Source of the DNA: Camelus dromedarius
Taxonomy: Eukaryota
Assembly: GCF_036321535.1 (NCBI RefSeq)
Contig: NC_087437.1
Location: 116,066,001-116,130,000, forward strand
Direction: 5' to 3'
Length of the DNA: 64,000 nt
Part shown: piece by piece, positions 10,891-23,889 of the stretch
Position numbering within the stretch: the stretch's first letter is position 1
Layout of the letters: each line of letters opens with the position of its first letter
Translations under genes and position numbers: made by a program
The notes under the pieces: model-generated
What the model saw: the letters and a program-made list of their open reading frames with translations, nothing else
The model's database searches: none
Told to the model about the DNA's origin: nothing

Positions 10891-13437
10891 CTCTTTCTGT
10901 TCCTTCTGTCCCCCTCCCCCAGTGTGTGATGGTCCACAGAGGAGCCCCTCCCAGCCCCCACCACAGCACCAGGGCATCCTTCCTTTCCTGCTGGGGTGTG
11001 TGCAGGTGTGCAAGGGCTTTTCTTAATGTGGAGTAAGTCTCTTCGAAAATAGTGCATACTCGGATCCAGATGGGTTTGATGGTACTCAACTATTGATTGA
11101 GTACCAGAACTTCGAGTTGCCTGAGCATTTGCCTGGAAGTTTTAAAGCAGAAGTGACTAAGCTGCCCGGAAGAGTCGGGACTAAAGTGCCGCCCCGCCCG
11201 CAGGAGAAACGAGGGCTCACGAGCTCGCCGAGCTCCACTGTGGAGAAATACATGCTGCGTCCCTGCACGTGGAGATTTTAACCTTCAAACATCCCACGGG
11301 GCAGAAGCCATGCCTGTCCCCTGAGAAGCCACTGGCCTCCCGCCTACATGGATCACACTTATGTTTCAGGTCAAGTTCTGGACCTACGTTCAAACTACTG
11401 CTTCTTGGAAACGAGTTTGGTTTTCCCCAAAGCGCTCGTCATGAGCTATAGCACTTTTCATAGGAAAAGTCTGTGTTTTGGTGGGATCTACGGTCCAGCC
11501 TATGTTGTCCCCAAAGGAGGAAGTCCTTCTGCATCCTGCTTCTCCTAATAATGACTGATGTTTATCACCAGCTCTTTCTAGGTCAGGGGTAGCTCCTATT
11601 AATGGATAGTACAGGAAAATTTGCATGCTTTATACAAAAATGGTGGTCCTTTTAATGTATATGCCCGTAGAACCTAAGATTTAGGTTTCTTTGCACTTCA
11701 TGCTGAACTTATGACTTTATGCACATTCTGAAAATGCAGAAGAGGAGATACTGGTGATGAAAAAGACCTCACCTTTCATGGTTATAGGCTCTGAAAGAGT
11801 CCAATCTACTGTGATCATTGGGCATTCTTAGCACATGCTTGATTTGGGCTTACGCTGTGCAACCAGGCACCAGTCAGATGGCAGACAGGGAGAGGGGGCT
11901 TCACCGGCAGCGGGTGACACTAGCTGAATGCCTGCAGTGACCTCGCCTCTTAGAGCAAAGTCACGGAGATTTTTCTGGTGAGCTTCGTGAGAGTTAGACC
12001 TAGCCTGGAACCTCTGAGAAAACTTGCGGTGGGCCCGGGCCCATGTTCTGGTCTCCATAACACCCTTGGGCTCTGTCTAAGGGAGTGAAGCAACCTCCTT
12101 CTGTCCAACCCAACCTCCCAAATTGTACTTTGATTTGCTTTTGCAGAAAGTGACTGGCATTAGAGCCACACGCCCTGCCCATTCCAATATAGTCCCCCAT
12201 CTAGCCAAGACCAATAAATGTGGGAAGGGACAACAGCTGAGGGTGATTGCCTTTCGGAAGGTTGGCCAGCCACTCTCAGACACACACATCTGTGCCTCGA
12301 TCACATTCCCGTGATCCGGGCTTCCTGTGGCCATCAGGGCTGTTGATCTCCTGCTTCCATTTTCAGTGTGTTCTCTCTCCACACACCTAGGGCAGTGCTT
12401 CCACACATGAAAACATAATGAATACTTTTCTACCTAAATTCTGGACATCACCAGAAGTGTCAGCCAGCAAGTACTTGAAAAACAAAACCCAATTTCCTAT
12501 TAATTATAATCAGCAATATGACTCATATAGAAGGAACACAAAACAAATTGGAAAAAATAAAATTAGGCTTCAGAAACTAAGGGAGTGAAATTGCACAAAG
12601 GTAATAGGAGGGAAAAATAGCCACGATGATGAGTTTGAACGAATAGAGCAGACAGAGTTGTGGGGTGGGGGGTGATGCCCCCAGGAAGCTGTCACAGAGA
12701 ACGAGACGCCTCGGTGGGATTAGCGCTGTCATATGAGCCATGAATAATGAAATAACGTGTTTTGCTTTGTGAGATGAAGTGTCCAACCCATTTAGTCCAC
12801 TGACTGGTTTTATTGTTTTATTTTGGTTTTTTGCCCATAGAAGAGACAGGCTGTCAGATTCTTCTTTCCTCATTAAGTTGCCTGGTTTACTTTAAGAATA
12901 TAGCTACCTCACTCTTCAAGACATATGAGAAGACTGGTGCAGAGGAGAGAAATCCATCCTGGAAACATGATGGAATCTTTTCAGGTAGGATGGCGGAGGG
13001 TCTTTCTGGAGCATAAGCAGAGAGGGGAAAGTAACAGAGAACACTGAGAGCATTTATATACTGATGACTTAGGGTGTCCCTTAGACCGAAAGGCCCCTGG
13101 CCCCAGGATTGTATCTTTCTGTATCCTCTGCCCTCCAAGTTGGGCAGCTAAGAGTTAGGTTACCCATCTAGTCTGATTCCACAAGAAACGTAAAACCAAA
13201 GAGTAGGGGGAAGATTGAGAAGATTAATCCAGGAAACCAAGTCTTCCCAGCATAATGGTCCATGTCCTGCTTCCTTCAATAGTGGCACATCACAGTTGAG
13301 TGCCAGGGTCTCCCAGCACCATCTCGGGTCCTTCGGCAGGCTGAATGGGTAGGTCACAGCAGGGTCCTTCCCAAGACCAGGGAGGAACAAGAGTTATTGG
13401 GTGGCTATCGTATTCCAGGCACTTTGCATCCAGTCTG

Positions 13438-13552
13438 CTAATCTTTACGGGTGACAAAGCAGAAGGTGACACAAGTGAAGTGACTTTCCCAAGGCCTGTT
13501 GGGCAAAGATGTGATCTGAGGCCATCTGATGCCCGAGCCTGAATTCCTTCCA
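13438..13552 (-). mobile_element. MIR fragment
   Basis: GTGAAGTGACTTTCCCAAGG...GATGTGATCTGAGGCCATCTGATGCCCGAGCC resembles the reverse MIR core. Confidence 0.5.
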
Positions 13553-14199
13553 CTGAGACACATTGTCTCCCTCACAAGATAACACTTTGCTCAGAGGGTG
13601 TAGTTGCATCAGGAAAACACTTCTATAATACAGCGTGGCTAGCGTCACCCTGTGCTAAGATGTTTATCAGTTTCTACTCTGAGAGAGAGCCCAGGTTTGC
13701 TGACTTCTGCTGGGGTCTCCTTCTACGTTTTAAGGCAAATGTCTTGAAGGGTATTTCATGCAGACCCTACATCTCTTTCTTGACAATTCATTCCACAACC
13801 CTTCTTGGATGCCTACAAGGTCCGTTTCCATGCAAAATTCTTAGAGGAGATAAAAATACATCACATCTACAGGATGGTCAAGGTTAAGAGAAGGGAACAG
13901 CCATGGGCCCAGTGGACTGTACATAACGTAACGAGTGCAGTGGTGCAGGCGGAGCGCCAGAGCCAAGGAAGACCATCATTCCTTCCACAGCTATTTACCG
14001 AGTGCTCACTGTGCCTCTCTGTCTCTCTCTCTGTCTCCTCTCTGTTTCGCTGTCTCTCATGCATGTATGTCTCATTTGGATTTTGGGGTCGAGAGGATAC
14101 CGCCTGCTTTTTTCCTGTCCTCTTTTCCCTCATTCTTTTGCTGGTACTACACCATTTTTTTTTTTTTTTCTGGGAAACTGTCCTTTCTCCACTCTTGGT

Positions 14200-14480
14200 C
14201 CTTGTGTCTCTAAGTGTGGCTTGACCCTGGTTTGGATGCATGAATGAGGCCAGGCCTGTTTGTTAGCATATTTTACACTCCTGTCCAGTGAAAGGTTTGA
14301 GATGGGGTACGTGATCCAAGTCAGACCAGATCAGAGTTAATCCCGGGTCATTCACTGGACCTGTGGAGAAAGAATTCTCTCTTTTATGGTTGCTAAGCAG
14401 GTGAGATATACCCTTGAATCTACTGGGCTCGCATAGCAGAAAGTCTGGCTGAGAATGAGCTGACCTAGAAGAAAGCGATG
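14200..14480 (+). mobile_element. Old MLT1 (J/K/L-type) LTR fragment
   Basis: GGGGTACGTGATCCAAGTCAGACCAGATCAGAG...GGAGAAAGAATTCTCTCTTTTATGGTTGCTAAGC. Confidence 0.5.
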
Positions 14481-14736
14481 GACAAGGCCCTGGGGGTAAT
14501 TTTGCACCCTGGACCCAGCCCAGGATCTGCAGACATAGAGCCCCCAAGTCTCCAACAGTGCCTTCACCCTGGTGATCGGGAATAGCTTGAGCAGCTGTTA
14601 ACGACATGATGCTCTGACTTTCACCCACCATTGTTCTTGGGTGAAGAGCTTCTTTGGGGGGCCCATTGGAAGAAAGGTGCCTGGCAGGTTAGGAGCCAGG
14701 CATCTTAGGTTTCCGGTTGTAATCTCAGTCATAGTA

Positions 14737-15040
14737 CAGTTAACCCTTCATATCTACTGGTTTCCCATCTGTGAATTCAACCAAATTTGAATCAACAATG
14801 TTCAAGAAAAAAGATTCCAGAAAGTCCCAAAAAACAAAACTTGGTTTTGTTGTGTACCACTAACTATTTACATTGTGTTAGGTATTATAAGTAATCTAGA
14901 GATGATTTAAAGTATACCAGAGGATGTGCATAGATTAGATGCAAATATTATGCCATTTTATATATGGGACTTGAGCATCCTTGGATTTTGGTATCTGGGG
15001 GATCCGGGAACCAATCCCCCACAGTTACAGAGGACAACTG
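14737..15040 (-). mobile_element. MER2 (TcMar-Tigger MITE), near full length
   Basis: Flanked by TA at both ends (14735-36, 15041-42); imperfect TIRs CAGTTAACCCTT / GAGGACAACTG; diagnostic AGGTATTATAAGTAATCTAGAGATGATTTAAAGTATA and GGGACTTGAGCATCC. Confidence 0.9.
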
Positions 15041-16512
15041 TACTGTCCAGTGTCACAAAGCTCCGAGCAGAGGTCATGGCCTTCATTTCCTCTCTTGTAT
15101 TCAAAAAGTTCTCTAAGAGCTTCGTGTCAACAGCAGCGACAGATATTTGCAGGGTCATGTCACTGGCTTTCTCGCTGCATGAAACTGTTAATGAACTGAG
15201 GCTACAAAGCCTGAAAAAGCGTGAAATGGAAAAGCACCGAAAACTCTGTTTCCTATGATGTTGACCTACAACCAATTACTTGTAGTCATCACCAATGACT
15301 TTAATTCAAAGTGAAACAGTCTTCTCATTATGCTTTAAAGAGTATGCAGTTACCACAATCAAGACTTAAAACTAATATGAAGAGTTAGCTGAGGATGTAA
15401 GCTACACTTCCCACCCCATTCGCACGCCATACAAAAAAGTAATCGTCATACAAAAGGAACCTACTGGCTGAAACCTAAGTATAGAAAAGTGTCATTTTAA
15501 ATCAAAATGACAATACATATGAAAGTATATTTCTAGTAAGGAATTTCAGCTATGATGGCCTCAATCCTTCTGCTGTAAATTATACCACTTGGATGGCTGG
15601 CTTAAGGAAATCACAGCCCTGGAAACTACTCAAGATGTAATCTTTGCACTTCTATGCAAAGTTTTGAGAGGATAATACAAGAACATTCTCCTGTTCAAGC
15701 TCTCCCTTCCCCAGCTTATTTGCAATTGTCTATGCCCAGTGGCAGGAATAATGCTTAATCCTTTAGCATGATAAATTGCTTTGAAGACAAGGTGTAGGTG
15801 ATTTGAAAGATATATGGAGTAGGACCGAGAAAATTACAGGCCTGCCCCTGTCGTTGTATCTTTATTTATTAATGGCACTAATTCTGTCCTAATCTTTGGC
15901 ATAGCAATTCATCAATTATGTGGCATGTGAAGCTCTTCAAGCTTTTCAAATGTTTTTTATTTTGACTTCTGTTTTCTTCTCCTGCATGGGTAAAGGTGCA
16001 GATAGTTCTAATTCCTTAGAATGGGGTCATGAGGGCAACAGATTCTTCTGGTTCCTGCTGTTAAAAAGATCTGTAGAATTTCATCCTCTCCTCTCTCAAA
16101 CAAAGACTTATAATTGATGAAGTAAGCTATAAACAGATCAAGGCAGAGAGATAAAATCATTTTAAAGAGACAATGGTTTTCAGTTACCGGAGTTGGTAAC
16201 ATTAATTTTGTTGAAGGTATGAGCATGTTTCAGGAAAGAATGTGTTGAGTAGAAGAAGTGGGGCGAGTCATCCTTGTAAGAAATGAAAAGTCGACAGAGG
16301 AATATGGGCACTACCCATCTAAACTCTGCAGCCTGAGGGAGGAGCCAGTCAGGTTTCTAGCTGGTCTGGGCCCACTGACCTAGCCATAGCTTTTGAGGGA
16401 CTGGATAATGGGATAGAGCCAATGGACCCATTGGTAAGACGATTAATTTCTGCTAAGCATTTCTCTCATCCATCCACCCTCCTCTCTGGTCCAATGCCGT
16501 GGTCACCTAGCA

Positions 16513-17012
16513 ACTCTAAAAGATACATGTACCTCGATGTTCATAGCAGCATTATTTACAATAGCCAAAATATGGATGCAGTCTAAGTGTCCATCAACAG
16601 ATGAATGGATAAAGAAGAAATGATATGTGTGTGTGTGTGTGTGTGTGTATAATCGAATATTACTCAGCTGTAAAATGAAGAACAAAATTTTGCCATTTGC
16701 AACAATGTGGATGGACCTGGAGGGTATTATGTTTAGTGAAATAAATCAGACAGAGAAAGACAGATCACTTATATGTGGAATCTAAAAAAACAACTCACAA
16801 ATAAATGTATATAACAAAACAGAAATAGACTCACAGATAGAGAGAACAAACTAGTGGTTCCAGCGGGGAGAGGGAAGTGGGAGGGTAAAGTAGGGATATG
16901 GGATTAAGAGGTACGAACTACCATGTATAAAGCAAGCTACAAGGTTATATTGCACAGCACAGGGAAATGCAGCCATTATTTAATACGAATTTAAAAAAGA
17001 GAAATAAGAAAA
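16513..17012 (+). mobile_element. L1 3' end (cetartiodactyl type) with internal (TG)n
   Basis: AAAAGATACATGTACCTCGATGTTCATAGCAGCATTATTTACAATAGCCAA...GACTCACAGATAGAGAGAACAAACTAGTGG...; (TG)n at about 16626-16648. Confidence 0.9.
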
Positions 17013-17349
17013 TGTGTTTGTAGCAGACGCTGGTGCCCTGTCCTTAGCCCCCTGGGTCTTTCCATTGTTTGTAGTCTGAATTCCATCTGCATCTTTTTTC
17101 CATAGGGCTTTTCTTGCCCCGTGCCCTCCACCTCTGTTTGCTGCAGGTCAGACATGGCCGAGGAGGGGTTCCTGCTCTACAGTGGCTCTCAGTTCCTGAC
17201 AAGATCCCTGGTGGTGGCCTGCTTGATGATGACACTTTATTGGCCTGTGTCCCTTCCCTGTGTCACTTCCCACTCTCTTATTGATGTTTCCTTGGATCAT
17301 TTTCCAAATGAACTTCTTGCACTAGAATACAAGGTAAACGCAAGCTCAG

Positions 17350-17521
17350 ATAGTGTTCTATTCAGAAAAGATGTCCCATGGTCAAATATGTTTAGGAGTC
17401 ATATGTTAAGCAAAAGTGAATCGGTTTCCCAAGTGTAAGACGTCAAAAAGCATTTGATATATTAATTTACTTAGTGAGTCTCCAGGGATGAGAAATAGAC
17501 TATCCAAAGTTAATTGGTAAG
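17350..17521. mobile_element. MER103-like hAT-Charlie fragment
   Basis: GGTCAAATATGTTTAGGA...GTTAAGCAAAAGTGAATCGGTTTC...TGAGTCTCCAGGGA resembles the recalled MER103C consensus. Confidence 0.5.
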
Positions 17522-19180
17522 GGATTTACAGCTTTCATGCAAGCCCTATCAAAATATCCAAAACATTTTTCACAGAACTAGAACAAATAATCGTAACATT
17601 TACATGGAACCACAAAAGACCTCAAATTGCCAAAGCAATCTTGAGAAAAAAGAACAAAGCTGGATGTACTACCCTCCCTGACTTCAGACTATACTACAAA
17701 GCTACAGTAATCAAAACAGTGTGGTACTGACACAAAAACAGACATATAGCTCAATGGAACAGAATGGAGAGCCCAGAAATAAACCCACCCAGTTATGGTC
17801 AATTGATCTATGGAGAAGCAAGAATATAGAATGGAGAAAAGACAGTCTCTTCAATAAGTGGTTCTGGGAAAACTGAACGGCCACATGTAAAAGAATGAGA
17901 TTGATCATTTCCTCACACTCAAAACAGATTAAATAACTAAAGGTAAGATCTGAAACCATTAAACTCCTGGAAGAGAACATAGGCAGAATACTTTTTGATG
18001 TAAATTGTAGCAATATATTTTTTGGATTTGTCTCCTAAGGCAAATTAAATAAAGGCAAAAATAATCAAATGGGGTCTAATTTAACTTAAAACTTTTCCGC
18101 AGCAAAGGAGACCATTGACAAAACAAAAAGACCACCTACTGAACAAGAGAAAATATTTGCAAATGATGTAACTGGTAAAGGGTTAATATCTAAAATATAT
18201 AAACAGGTCAGACAATTCAATATCAAAGAAAACCAAAGAACTGAATTTTAAAAATGGGCAAAAGATCCAAATGGACAACTTTTTCAAGAGAAATGTACAG
18301 ATGGCCAACAGGCTAATGAAAAAATGCTCAACATTGCTAATCACCAGAGAAATGCAAATTAAAATCACTTTGAGATATTATCTCACACCTGTCAAAATGA
18401 CTATCATCAAAATGTCTGCAAATAACAAATGCTGGCGAGGATGTGGAGAAAAGGGAGTAATACTACTACACTGTTGATGGGATAATAAATTGGTGCAGCC
18501 ACTGTAGAAACAGTCCGGAGGTTTCTCAAAATCTAAAAATTGAACTACAAACCTAACAATTGAACTACCATATGATCCAGCAATTCCTCTGCTGTGTATA
18601 TGCCAGAAGAAGACAAATACACAAATTCAAGAAGATACATGCACCCCAACATTTATAGCAACCTAAATAGCTGAGACATGAAAGCAACCTAAGTGCCCAT
18701 CAACAGGTGACTGGATAAAGAAGACGTGGTATGTTCATATTCATACATGACTACTGCTCAGCCATAAAAACGAATGGAATTCTGCCATTTGCAAGAATAT
18801 GGATGGATCTAGAGAGTACTATGTATGCTTAATGAAATAAGCTAGACAGAGAAAGACAAATGCCCTATGTTATCACTTCTATGTGGTATCTAAAAAATAA
18901 ATGAACGTGTATAACAAAACATAAATGGACTCACAGATATAGAGAACTAGTGGATACCAGCTGGGAGAGGGAAGCAGGGAGGAGGGAGATGGGGTAGGGA
19001 ATTAAGAGACAAACTACCATGTGCAAAATAAATAAGCAACAAAAATGTACAGCCAGGGAAATAGAGCCATTATTTTGTAATAACTTCAAGTGGAGTGTAA
19101 TCTATAACTGTATTGAATCACTATGTTTTACACCTGAAATAATATAATATTGTAAATCAACTGTGCTTCAATTAAAGAAA
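17522..19180 (+). mobile_element. 5'-truncated L1: decayed ORF2 3' third plus 3' UTR
   Basis: Encodes ORF2 remnants ([69 protein letters not shown]) with stops and frameshifts; ends ACACCTGAAATAATATAATATTGTAAATCAACTGTGCTTCAATTAAAGAAA. Confidence 0.93.
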
Positions 19181-19544
19181 GACGAAGTTATCTGGTAATG
19201 TGGAATGCAGTGCACACACGCACGCACTCAACGGCATCTTCCTCGGAACTCGGTTTCGGAGCAGCTCTGATGCGGTAACAGAACCACGCGTCTGGGAGGA
19301 ACATCAGTTTTGCTTTTTTGTTCCCCTTCGTAGTACTGTTTCTCATGAAATGTATAGGAGTCATTAATTCAAGGACATCCAAATACCAAATTGTCAAGAA
19401 GCAGTGGACACTTTGCAGGGCTCACTTTGCGTTCTGGGTCATTGTGGAAGGGAGGCATCTGGGGAGTAGACTGGAAGGCAGGTCCACCCAGGACTGGCGC
19501 ATGCATCTGTTGGCTGATAATAGAGCTTCTCTCAATGCTTAATT

Positions 19545-19688
19545 CTCTCTCTCTTTTATTTATTTATTTATTTGGTGGGGGGAGATAATTAGGTTTATTT
19601 ATTTATTCTCAGAGGAGGCACTGGGGATTGAACTCAGGACCTCATGCATGCCAAGCATGCGCGCTACCACTTGAGCTATACCCTCCCC
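19545..19688 (-). mobile_element. Full-length Vic-1-type camelid tRNA-derived SINE
   Basis: Minus strand reads GGGGAGGGTATAGCTCAAGTGGTAG (A box)...GAGTTCAATCCC (B box)...AAACCTAATTATCTCCCCCC...(TAAA)n; diverged TSD CTCAATGCTTAATT (19531-19544) / CTCGATGCCTAATT (19692-19705). Confidence 0.9.
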
Positions 19689-20477
19689 TGACTCGATGCC
19701 TAATTAAGCCGTTCTGATTGTCCTCCGAGTATGAGAAAATGCATGTGGAGCTTCAGGCTGGTGGTTCTGCCGTCCCAATTAATCTAGTTACAAACAGGTC
19801 TTTAGCCAATTCAGTTTTTCATTATTAAGAGGACAGATCATAACATAGCGTGAACGGAAGTAATTTAGCATGGTAAATACTTTAAGTGGAGTTGAAATTA
19901 AGTGCACTTAAATCCCAAGGACAAATTTGCTTCCTGTTTCAAGACCCTCTGTTTCCCGGGGGCTGAGCGGCACCTCTTATTCCTCATCCACGGGGTTGAC
20001 GTTCGGTCACCTATAGGGGGCGCTCAGGATGGCCTCACACAACCTGCCTCTGCACTGCGGCTCCAGCCAAAAGAGCCAACTGTGCACCTACAGGTCAAAT
20101 TTACGTTCAGCTCTGCTTACTGGTGGCCAGTGTGTGTGTGCCCTTCCCTCTCTCACTTCTTTCCCTCCCCCAATCCTTCCTTCTCTCTTTCTCTTCTCTC
20201 TCTCACTCTGTCTCCTCTCTTTTGGGCATCTGAGAGAGGGAGCGAGAAGCACCACTCCCTCCAAAATCATACCTAAAAGCTAAATTACATAAGCATGTAT
20301 ATTTAAAGTTAACAAATGGATTTAAAACTCAGTAAACTTCTTCATGTAAAATATTTTTTAAAAGTCTTTGCAATTTCCTTTCTCTACAGAATTAGAGCTT
20401 TTACAGGTGACAGATTTTCATTGCACTGAGCAACACTTGCAAATACCCATTTTTAAAATTCTCTCTCTATAAATAGT

Positions 20478-20590
20478 CCTTTCTTTTTCTTTTCTTTCTT
20501 TCTCCCTTTCTCTCTTTCTCTTTCTTCCTTCCTCCCTTCCTCCCTTCCTCCCTTTCTCCCTTCCTTCCTTCCTTCTTTGTTTGTTTTTTA
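20478..20590. repeat. Polypyrimidine low-complexity tract ((CTTT)n/(CCTT)n)
   Basis: About 100 bp of almost pure C/T on the + strand. Confidence 0.9.
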
Positions 20591-21283
20591 ATCTCTACCA
20601 CCAAAGTAGATTTGGAAAGAAATTTTCTATTCTGTCCCTCCCAAACATAAACATACATGGAACCCCAAGTACAAAAAGTTCTTTGCATTATTTGTGCTTT
20701 GAAGGCGGCAGATGATATTTTGTTGCTTTTGGTGTGTTGGTGGGAATGGGCGTGGAGGACTTTTTATTTTCCGTTTTTTATTCAGTTTACATTAAGTTTT
20801 AGATTTTATTCCCCCTTCTCATCTTCACTGATTTAATTACTTCCAAAAATATGTCGAACACTTGCATGCATCTGAAAGTCAAAAGTACACATAAAGTTAC
20901 ACTCAGGGAAGTGTTGCTCCCTCCTAGACTCCTTCATCCTAAAGCCTTTACACCTTGTAGATAATCAGCTTCTTGTTTTCCAGCTTCTCCTTCCCATGTT
21001 TCCTTGTAGTCATTTCTTAATTGTCATGAAGGCAACACCTTTATTTTCAAAGGGAACATTAACTTTTCTTTCAAAGCATCTTCTAGGTAGCGTATCATTG
21101 TCACTTATTTTTCCAGAACATTTGCCATTGCAAGAAAAAAGCATACTTGATTTTTTTTTTTAATTTTGATAATCCTTAAGTATTTTGTCATAAAAGAGCC
21201 AGTGAAACTCTACCCTGACAATTTTCCTGCCATTTCTGACTCACTATAAAGTGTCACACAGATTCTACTACATGTTACAGGCT

Positions 21284-21838
21284 ATGTCCAGCACACTCTA
21301 AGGAGGGTCCTATGATCCTGACCTCCTGGTGCACACTCCCTCGTGGAACCCCCACCCCTTGAGTGTGGGCGGGACTTGTGGCTTGCTTCTAACCAACAGA
21401 ATATGGCAAAGGTGATGGGATATCACTTCTATGATTGTATTACGTAAGATTATAACTTCTGTTCAGCTAGTGACTGTCTCCACTGACTGTCTCCTTTGCT
21501 GGCTTTGGTGAGTTAAGATGGTATATGGAGAAGTCCTTGTTGCTAGGAACTGAAGGTAGCCCCCAGCTGACAGCAAGCAAGTTGCTGAGGCCCTCAGCCT
21601 TACAGCCAGTGAAGAACTGAATCTTGCCAACGACAGTTTCTTCCCCAGTCGGGCCTCAGATGAGACCCTACCCCTAGTCTTCACTTTGATTGCAGCCTTG
21701 AGAGAGACCCTGATACAATGGACTAGCTAAGCCATGCCTGGACTCTTGACCCCAGAAACTATGAGATCATAAATATGCGATGTTTTAAGCCAATACATTT
21801 GTGGTAATTTGTTATGTAGCAATTAATAACAAATGCAC
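21284..21838 (+). mobile_element. MaLR solo LTR (MLT1E/F-like), near full length
   Basis: CCCCTTGAGTGTGGGCGGGACTTGTGGCTTGCTTCTAACCAACAGAATATGGCAAAGGTGATGGGA...TGTTTTAAGCCAATACATTTGTGGTAATTTGTTATGTAGCAAT. Confidence 0.85.
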
Positions 21839-22108
21839 AGGTTTTACCTTTATAGATGCAACCTACTTTGCAGTGATAGCTTGCTTTTGAAGCATGTAGT
21901 ACATGAATTTCACATGTGGGGCTATTTCTGTAATCTTTACCTAGAAAATTATTTTTTCAAATTCCAGTCAAAGCAGCCTCTCCATCAGGGATTCCACTAT
22001 GCTGTTTTTCCATAAATCATTTTGATTTTACAAATTACTCTTATGAAGATGTCTTCTCCAATAAATTTTTCAATTGGTGGCTTATAAAAAAAAATGGCGT
22101 CAATTATT

Positions 22109-22213
22109 CATCTCCTTACTAGAATGGAATGTAGCAAATACATAAGCTGAGGTGCTGAAACATCTCCTTACTGGAATTTAGCAAATAGAGAAGCTGAAGT
22201 ATTGGAGACATCT
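22109..22213. repeat. Diverged tandem duplication, unit about 50 bp
   Basis: CATCTCCTTACT...TGGAATGTAGCAAATACATAAGCTGAGGTGCTGAAA (22109-22160) followed by CATCTCCTTACTGGAATTTAGCAAATAGAGAAGCTGAAGTATTGGAGA CATCT. Confidence 0.85.
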
Positions 22214-22694
22214 GTGCTTTCATCCAATTATATGGCTATTATTCTCCCCCACATAATTTATCCCAAAACTTTTATCTTTAAAATTTTAACAATGTTTCCA
22301 AAATCTCCTCCAGATTTTTTGACAAAGGAAAGTGTTTAAATTTATTGATATGTATTGATTCCTATGTATCTGTCCAGTCTTTTTTCTCAAAGGGTTGAGT
22401 AAGTGTTTTCCTAATGAGGGTTTTGCTACTGAGTAAGAGACTTCAAAGGAACGTCTAAATAGTTATCATGAAGCTTAGTGGTATTTTTTAAATATTGAGG
22501 ATCCGGTAACTTTAAACACAACAAAAAGAAAATGAGGCAGTATCTTTAATTCCTGGTTTTTAAGTGTCTTTGTTTTTTAGTTTTTAGGTGTCTTGCTAAT
22601 CGATGACATTAATAATTCTCAGTGTGAGGCTCAATTATACACCTAGAATAAATCTCACTATTAAAGGAAAGTGGTTTTAAATCCATGTTGCAAT

Positions 22695-23119
22695 TACAAT
22701 GGCTTCCTCTCTGGTCTCCCTGCTTCCATCCTCACTCCCTCTTTGTCAAATCTTAGCTAGCGGGCCATTTAAAAACACATGCTGTCCCTGCCCTGTGCTG
22801 GCTGTCCAGTGCTTCCCGTCTCATCTACAGTAGAAGCCCAAACCCATTTCTTTCCAGACCTCTTCAAGACCTCCATCCTTATCAGTCCCAACGATTGGAC
22901 TGCCCCACTCTCCACTTTCCTTCTCACTCACTCCTCCCCAACCAGGCTGGCCTCCCAGATTGAGCGAAGTGAGCTTCTACCCCCAGCCTTTGATGTTGCA
23001 CTTTCTTCTGCCTGGAGTGCTCTCCCTCTGGCATCCAGAAGATCCATTTTCTCACTTCCTTTAGAGTCTGCTGGAACGTCTCCTGATCAGAGAGGCCTCC
23101 CACAGCACTACGGATAGAT

Positions 23120-23162
<43 letters not shown>

Positions 23163-23362
23163 GCAACTCCATGGACACTCCTATCCCCACATTGCTCTTT
23201 TTTTTTTCCCTAGAGCATCTCTGACATCTGACATTTTATTTACACCCTTCTTGTCTCTACAGGAGAGTAGACTTGTTTTTCCCACTGTTACACCTCCAGT
23301 ACCGAGACTGTATCTCACTTATAATGGATGCTCAATAAATACCTATTGAATGAAAGAATAAA
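22695..23362 (+). mobile_element. L2 3' portion with (CAGA)n microsatellite at about 23121-23163
   Basis: CTGGTCTCCCTGCTTCCA...TCTGCCTGGAGTGCTCTCCC...TGCTCAATAAATACCTATTGAATGAAAGAAT, the canonical L2 end. Confidence 0.8.
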
Positions 23363-23889
23363 TTTAAACAGCTTTCTTGATAATGAATTTTTTCAATGGC
23401 TTTCATCTCAATTTGGGCTAAGCTGTCATTATTTTTATCCTGCAATGTGCTGACAGAGAGGGTAGAGTTGGGGGTGGACACTTTAGCTGTCATTGTGTCA
23501 TGGCTCTCTTGTGGTTGCATTTTTAGCTTTTTTCTTTTTTTTTTTTTTGAGGATTTTTTTTTTTTAAGATGGTCACCCATTTTGTCAGGGTTGGTTTAGC
23601 TTAAATGAGATAATATATTCCCTAAATCCCCTGGCCGGGTCTGTGTGAATGCAGTATGCTGGAGTACATGGACTCCAACCAATGACAGAAGGACTTTGGT
23701 GCTTCAGTACAGCACGCCCCCCTCAGGATGTCTCCTTACTGCACGTGACACGCAGGACCTGATGACCAATCAGAAGGTGGCGTGCATTAGTCATGGGAAG
23801 GTAGGCCGTGCCCTGGGAGGAGTAACCCGGGATCTCAAAGGTGCACCGTTTGTTTCTTGCTCTTGGGAAGGCCACCATGGATCAGGTAG

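Noticed and set aside
17522..19180. Functional L1 ORF2
   Set aside because: 5'-truncated with in-frame stops, frameshifts and internal deletions; no endonuclease or intact reverse transcriptase domain.
19612..19688. tRNA-Ala gene
   Set aside because: The tRNA-like head is followed by a SINE body and (TAAA)n tail and is flanked by a TSD, so it is a SINE.
22109..22213. CRISPR-like repeat-spacer array
   Set aside because: Only two diverged adjacent units, no unique spacers, no cas genes, and a eukaryotic context.
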